From Bugula neritina (lineage: Eukaryota; Animalia; Bryozoa): a DNA stretch of 64,000 nucleotides. The DNA is taken from the NCBI GenBank assembly GCA_964035545.1, contig OZ037765.1:30069504-30133503 (forward strand), read 5' to 3'. The notes under the pieces were generated by a model that was not told the origin of the DNA, ran no database searches, and was given only the letters and a program-made list of their open reading frames with translations. Position 1 is the first letter of the stretch; every line of letters begins with the position of its first letter. The position numbers and the translations under genes are program-made. Shown here piece by piece: positions 52,301-64,000 of this stretch.

Positions 52301-53342
52301 GCTCTGCAGGCATACCTTGCGGTAATTTATTTCCTACTATATGCTAGTAACCTCTGTATAGACTGAAATAAAGTCGTTATACAATATATAACATATAATT
52401 TCTATGTTATATACTGTATTATAATTGCTCTAATAAAGAGTTACGTTACCTTAACCGGTGATAAGTGGAAAGGGTGGGCGGGCAGATGCAGTAGTATAAA
52501 GTTCCTGGTATTTCCCACGTGTGTTGTGCAGTTTAGTAGAGCTGCTCTGTTGCCCAGGTGTCACTCAATTCTGATATATTGTAGTGGTGTAAGGAGTGCA
52601 AGACTTTGATAGATAATGGAGAGCCAATACGCAAAACGGTGAGAGATTTTATATAATTATATAATTGTAGTTTGTTGTGATATGTGATGGTTAGCAGACC
52701 TTGGCGAATTTTATGCCTGGTTTCTGGTGTTGAACCAAATTTTCTTTTAATGCTAAATAATGAGAGATTTACGTGACAATTTTTAGTTGCTTTTGAATTA
52801 TTAGAATTTCTTGTTGAGATCTGATGTAATCAAAACTGAGTTTGTTTCACTAGCGAGTTTATTACAGCAGCATATCACCTATCCTATGTCCTTGCTTTAT
52901 GCTCTCGAAATCTTTTAGCTTTTGGAGATTCAGGCACTTCTTCAAACTATTCAGTCTGAAATGAATTCTTATGTAGAAGAAGCGAATCTGAGTGAGAAGA
53001 AATCACAAAAGGTGACTCAACATTATGTTTTCTCTATAGTCCTTCTAATCACTTTACCTGTCGTATGCTATATTTTAATATATTTATACATTATATACAT
53101 ATAAATCTGTGCTGATACATATATGTATATGTGCACACACACTCACGCGCACATTATTGATAGAGATTAATTCTATCAACACGTTGTAGGCGTTGGAGAA
53201 CTTCAGTTGGAATATGCGTGTGCTGAAGGAACAACTCACCTCTTTAGATCAGTACACCGAGACCTGTCACAGCTCATTTCTCAAGGTCATTGAGGCGGCA
53301 CAAGTCAATGGCGTCGAGGTTATGACTGAGACAGAATCATAG
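34332..53342 (+). CDS. PLCL: Phospholipase C-like protein (PLCL/PRIP family): PP1-binding motif, PH, EF region, X, Y, C2 and PLCL C-terminal domain; about 1117 aa (1128 with the optional microexon)
   Basis: Exons 34332-34749, 35982-36131, 36548-36769, 38199-38250, 38939-39068, 39543-39655, 40021-40087, 40700-40793, 42712-42829, 43448-43533, 43635-43752, 45057-45225, 45505-45606, [46167-46199], 48135-48234, 48492-48680, 49387-49571, 49806-49944, 50259-50405, 50717-50811, 51340-51444, 51728-51913, 52253-52321, 52585-52638, 52919-53011, 53190-53342; sum 3354 nt without the bracketed exon. [10 protein letters not shown] resembles PLCL KKTVSFSSMP. Also [59 protein letters not shown]. Confidence 0.93.
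38251..38938 (+). other. U12-type AT-AC intron in the PLCL gene
   Basis: 5'ss ATATCCTTTG, branch site TCCTTAAC (38917-38924), 3' end AC. Joins IRD-R-WLTEIF in frame. Confidence 0.92.
40088..40190 (+). repeat. 22-bp tandem repeat (~4.7 copies) starting at a PLCL splice donor
   Basis: GTATGTATAACTTTAGTGAAGT twice, then diverged GTACGT... copies. Confidence 0.85.
46167..46199 (+). CDS. Candidate 33-nt symmetric microexon in the PLCL X-Y linker ([11 protein letters not shown])
   Basis: gcattttag|AGC...AAG|gtaact; phase 0-0; no stop codon. Confidence 0.55.
46485..46589. repeat. 10-bp minisatellite (ATTCTAGTAY)n, about 10 copies
   Basis: attctagtat/attctagtac arrays read directly. Confidence 0.92.
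48899..49031. repeat. Tandem duplication of ~62-70 bp in a PLCL intron
   Basis: attataaaagtaga...tactctgttattgtctagcttgtgccacagata occurs twice. Confidence 0.85.
49996..50236. repeat. 21-bp minisatellite (GATGTGTTGAGTCACTACAGA)n, about 11.5 copies, filling PLCL intron 49945-50258
   Basis: Read directly. It explains the spurious repetitive ORFs at 49871-50374, 49891-50277 and 49966-50244. Confidence 0.95.
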
Positions 53343-54457
53343 TGTCATTCAGCAATACCACTTCCTGCTAGTATTGTCACGGTTCATTTTTGTTTGGTTA
53401 AACCAGTACTGAATGTTGATTATGTAATATAACTGTTTTGTGCAAATTTTGCCAGTATGGTGCTGATTTTATAATACATTGATGAATTTTAGGCTAGCTA
53501 TTCTATACTCATCTCTTACTACTCTATTATAATAGCAGCTATAGGTTAGAAAAAGTCTTCTATAATCGATATTTTTATTTTTTATTTTATATATATTCTA
53601 TTAATTTTATTTTATGTTGATGTGCATTTACTGTGTCGAGCATTGACACCTGAAGCTAAGAGCAATGCTTTTAGGACAATGTTGTTTTCAATTTTATTTT
53701 ATTAGTTTTTTATTTATGTTGTTAGAAAGAAGTTTTTCAATCGATTGTTTTTATCTATTTTTTCGCACTTGTAGTCTGGCTTTTTATTTATTCCTATCAC
53801 ACTCTAATGTCAAAAATGCTTTGCTGAATTTTGTACATAATTATTACACCAAATGCTTCCAACTTACATTTTTTATATTTTTCTAGTTATCAATAGTGTT
53901 GAATTCTGCTGCTACCTGGTCACCATAGATGTGTGCTATTCAATTTTGAATGAAATTCACTTTACTTTAATAGTTAAACTTGTGTATTTGTCAAGGTCAA
54001 TAGACAGTTTGTTTCTGACATAATAATTTATGGTCATTAAATGAAGTTCAAATGCTTATTTCAGTCATCAATCACACCATTCACGAGTCACGTGCAATCA
54101 CACCGTATATTCATAGATTTTATTTGCTTTACGTCATTCAAATTATTTTTCTGACAGTACCCACCATTTTCTATCAATGTCATGAATATAATATTACGTT
54201 TCTAAATTATGTAATTTATATATTATAGATGATGTACTTTTTTAATTTATGGTGGTTATTTTTATAGATATTATTTATAACTGTGTGGAATTTCTGTGTG
54301 ATAATATATTATGATTACCCAGTACTATTGTTTAGAAAATAATGAGTTAATAAGTTTCACAGCACTACTACTAACAATTCATTTTCATCTGCACAACATG
54401 CCACCTTTATCTCACTACAGAAAGTCAACAAACTAGCATATAATACATTTCATAATA

Positions 54458-56511
54458 ATGCCGGCCCATGCTACTGGTCTTCTCAGATCAGTTGCTTGTC
54501 CGATCTGTTTTAAGATGCTTAAGGACCCAACTATACTAGACTGCGGACATACATTCTGCTGCTCGTAAGTTGTGTAGCAACAGTGCAAGACTCCAAGTCT
54601 AATGAAGCTGTAACAGGCAAGCCAACGTGCATAAGACTAAGTGTTAGAGATTGTTGCAGGATAATGAAAATAGTTGTTATTGAATAATTAATTGGTTGGC
54701 ATAAAGCTTGAAAGTTGCTAAGCAAATAATGGAACAAATGCTCCAAAAGTTGGCAGCGTGTTTAGTCGAGATGCTGCTACCTTCCATTAAGATACTGTAA
54801 TATTTATTTAACATCTTCATGAAAATACATCAAGTGCAATAAATGGTACAGTAAGTTGTTATAAACATGTGTGTATAAACAATATCGTACCTCCACAGTT
54901 TTTTGAAATACTGACTATATAACTATATGGTTGAGTGTATATAGAATGCCGGTGCCAAAATGTAGTGAGAACACAAAAGATAGTATAAATATTAAAACTT
55001 GTTTAACTTATCATATAAATATAATATAATCATCCGAAAATGATCAGTTCCAATTTTTTGCTTTATACTTGATTTAATACAGATGGTGTTGAATGCTTTA
55101 TATCTTATCTGTTAGGTGTTTGTTCATCTGCTACTTAAAACACAATTCTGTTTGTAAATATAACTGAAGTTATGAACTCTTGACAAAAATAAGAATAATA
55201 ACTACAATGTTTTAGTTGCCTTAAACAGCTACAAGAATCGAGTTGCACAGTGTTTATCTTTTGTCCTGTTTGCCGGAAAATAAATTATGACTCGCTTTTT
55301 AAAAGAAAAAACTATTGCGCTGCTCAAGTTGTTGAAGTGATAAAAAGCAGCCAAGCCAAGTCCGTCTCTCCACCTTTGATATTGAAACCAGTAACCAGCT
55401 CCACCAGCCGGTTGAATCACAGGTACCGTACCACCTCTTTTATGTAGTTATAATAAATATAATAGGTAGAGTCATGTTCTATTATATATATACCTATGTT
55501 GTACTGCTATAGTCATGTTTATAGTTAAACTGCTTTTCTGGTTTCACCTATAAATGTATGCATATGCAAACCTACGAACTCAAACAAGATTCCCATGCAT
55601 ACACTATGCACATCTTTTGTATATATGATTGTATTTCATTTAGCTGTAAGTCAAAGCAAATCATTTTAGATGTTGCTTTGGCTCTAGGCACGGGTAGATC
55701 TCTATCATAGGGTTTTGTGGATTAAGGTATTAGTAGTACTCACACAAGCTAATTCACATTATTTATTTAATTTACTACTTTCGTTTTTTATCAGTATGTA
55801 CAATATTTTATTGGTGAATGCTAATAACAAACAGTTGAATAACAGTCAGTTTTACTTACTAAAAGCCATCTATAAACTTAAAAAAACACAATCAATATAA
55901 TTAACAATATTTAAATAATAGAAAATTACTTTTTTCAAAATATCATATTATTTTTTAATAAAAGTGTTAATTAAAGCTATATTAATAATGCTAAGTATTC
56001 GAACTCACTATGCTCTCAGATTGAGCAATACACTGTAACTATAGAGTTGGCAGCAGCCATTTACATATAGTTGCTGGCAGTTAATCTTTCATTTAAAGGT
56101 ATACATACACATCAGAACAAGAAGTAACAACAATTAGCATATATTACCCACATAGTTTTAATAACCTTCTTTAGTACACTCAAGTTCTAATGTAGGTACA
56201 CCAATAAAGATGGTGGAGACCAGGAGATAAGATCACCACTTCAGTCTTATTCAACTATTGAAGATGACAACAAAGAGAACACAACTACAAGTGATTACAT
56301 TCCAAACAATATACAGCAAGAAAAGACAGAACTAACCAATGACGAGCAGACGACCAAAGATGAAAGTCCAGGATTTGATGAAATCAATGAGACAGCTAGT
56401 GATGAGTTATCACCAACTGGCAGCATGCCATGGTGGCTGTACCCAGCAATGACAATATTAAGAGACTCGCTACTGGACGAGTGGTTGAAACTAGGAACAC
56501 TGCAGAACTAA
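54458..56511 (+). CDS. C3HC4 RING-finger protein (putative E3 ligase), 3 exons, 209 aa
   Basis: Exons 54458-54564, 55216-55422, 56196-56511 (630 nt, GT-AG, both introns phase 2). CPICFKMLKDPTILDCGHTFCCSCLKQL...IFCPVCR forms a complete RING-HC. Confidence 0.85.
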
Positions 56512-57207
56512 ACAGCGTGTTACATATTAGTTACTTTAGGCGGAGACACTGGTCTTGCATGCATAAATACTTGCTTTATTATTATATTAATAAACAACAA
56601 ATATTTCTAAAATATATAATACTATAGTATTAACTAAAAGTACTTTTTAAGTTGAAAATTGGCGAAAACATCTTCTGCTCACATGAATTATGATGCATAT
56701 ATAAAACACTGAACATAAATGCATTGGGACTTTTCAAGCTTTTACAATATTTGGTAAAAATGAGTTGCACAATAAAAATCATGATATTTATTATCTTAAC
56801 AACACTTGGTGGCACAAAATGGTGATAATATCAAAAAATTAATATTGCATAAAACATGGCAAAAAGGGTATGAATTTAAGACATGTGCAAGACTATTGCG
56901 ACAATAGTAATCTCAATATACTGTATCTACTCAAACTACAAAAACAAATTAAATACTAAGTTACTAATAGTGGCACCTTGTTGATATTGACTGAGCTGGA
57001 TATTAAAACTTCTACAATACTAAGTAAAACAATATTTTAATAAATAGCACAACCTCAAGATGTATAAATAATTCTGTAATATATTGCCAACAAGTGGTTC
57101 AATGAGACTCAATTCAATACTGTAAACCCACATGAGATTACATGATAATTCAGATTCTAAGAAGTAGAGTTTAAGTTTTTATAAAATAGAATGTAACCAA
57201 TTAGCAT

Positions 57208-63629
<6,422 letters not shown>

Positions 63630-64000
63630 GTTAAAACTCCAAAACAGAGTCAAGCAAAGAGCTGGACAGACTGATGAGACAAAGGAATAAATACTGAAGG
63701 ATAATTAATACTAGAATTGGTCAACCAAATCCTGTTATTTAAAATATGCCATTATTCAGAATTAATATAACGGAATGCTGTAATATTTACGAAATTGGGG
63801 GTTAGACTTTGCGATAGCCTCACAGGTGAATCAATTATAAACTTTCATCTCATCAATAAACATCAATCACATTATTGATCATTAATATGATTAATGATAA
63901 GATTCTGAAGGAAAAATTGAGTGAACTTGAAATAACATGTAAAAGTATTCTTTGCATGCAGTGAACTTCATAATTACTAAATCAGAGCAGATAATACTAG

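Noticed and set aside
55116-55167. Alternative phase-2 acceptor in RING gene intron 1
   Set aside because: It reads SCLFICY... to an early TGA without the last Cys pair. The acceptor at 55216 completes the RING.

Overview
AT-rich, intron-rich eukaryotic (metazoan, probably invertebrate) genomic DNA; no prokaryotic features. Gene order: partial GTP-dependent PEPCK paralog A (-, runs off the left edge); complete PEPCK paralog B (-) with two phase-compatible alternative first exons, a short proximal one and a distal one encoding a mitochondrial-transit-like peptide; a small MITE; a 5'-truncated LINE; ASNSD1 (+); STK11/LKB1 (-) with an AT-AC U12 intron and a C-terminal CAAX box; a 25-26-exon PLC-like/PRIP gene (+) with a second AT-AC U12 intron and an unusual catalytic-site pattern; a small 3-exon C3HC4 RING gene (+) mostly missed by the ORF track; and the 3' part of PHTF (-, runs off the right edge). 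Exon models were assembled by hand from splice signals and frame continuity. Family assignments rest on recalled motifs, not database searches.
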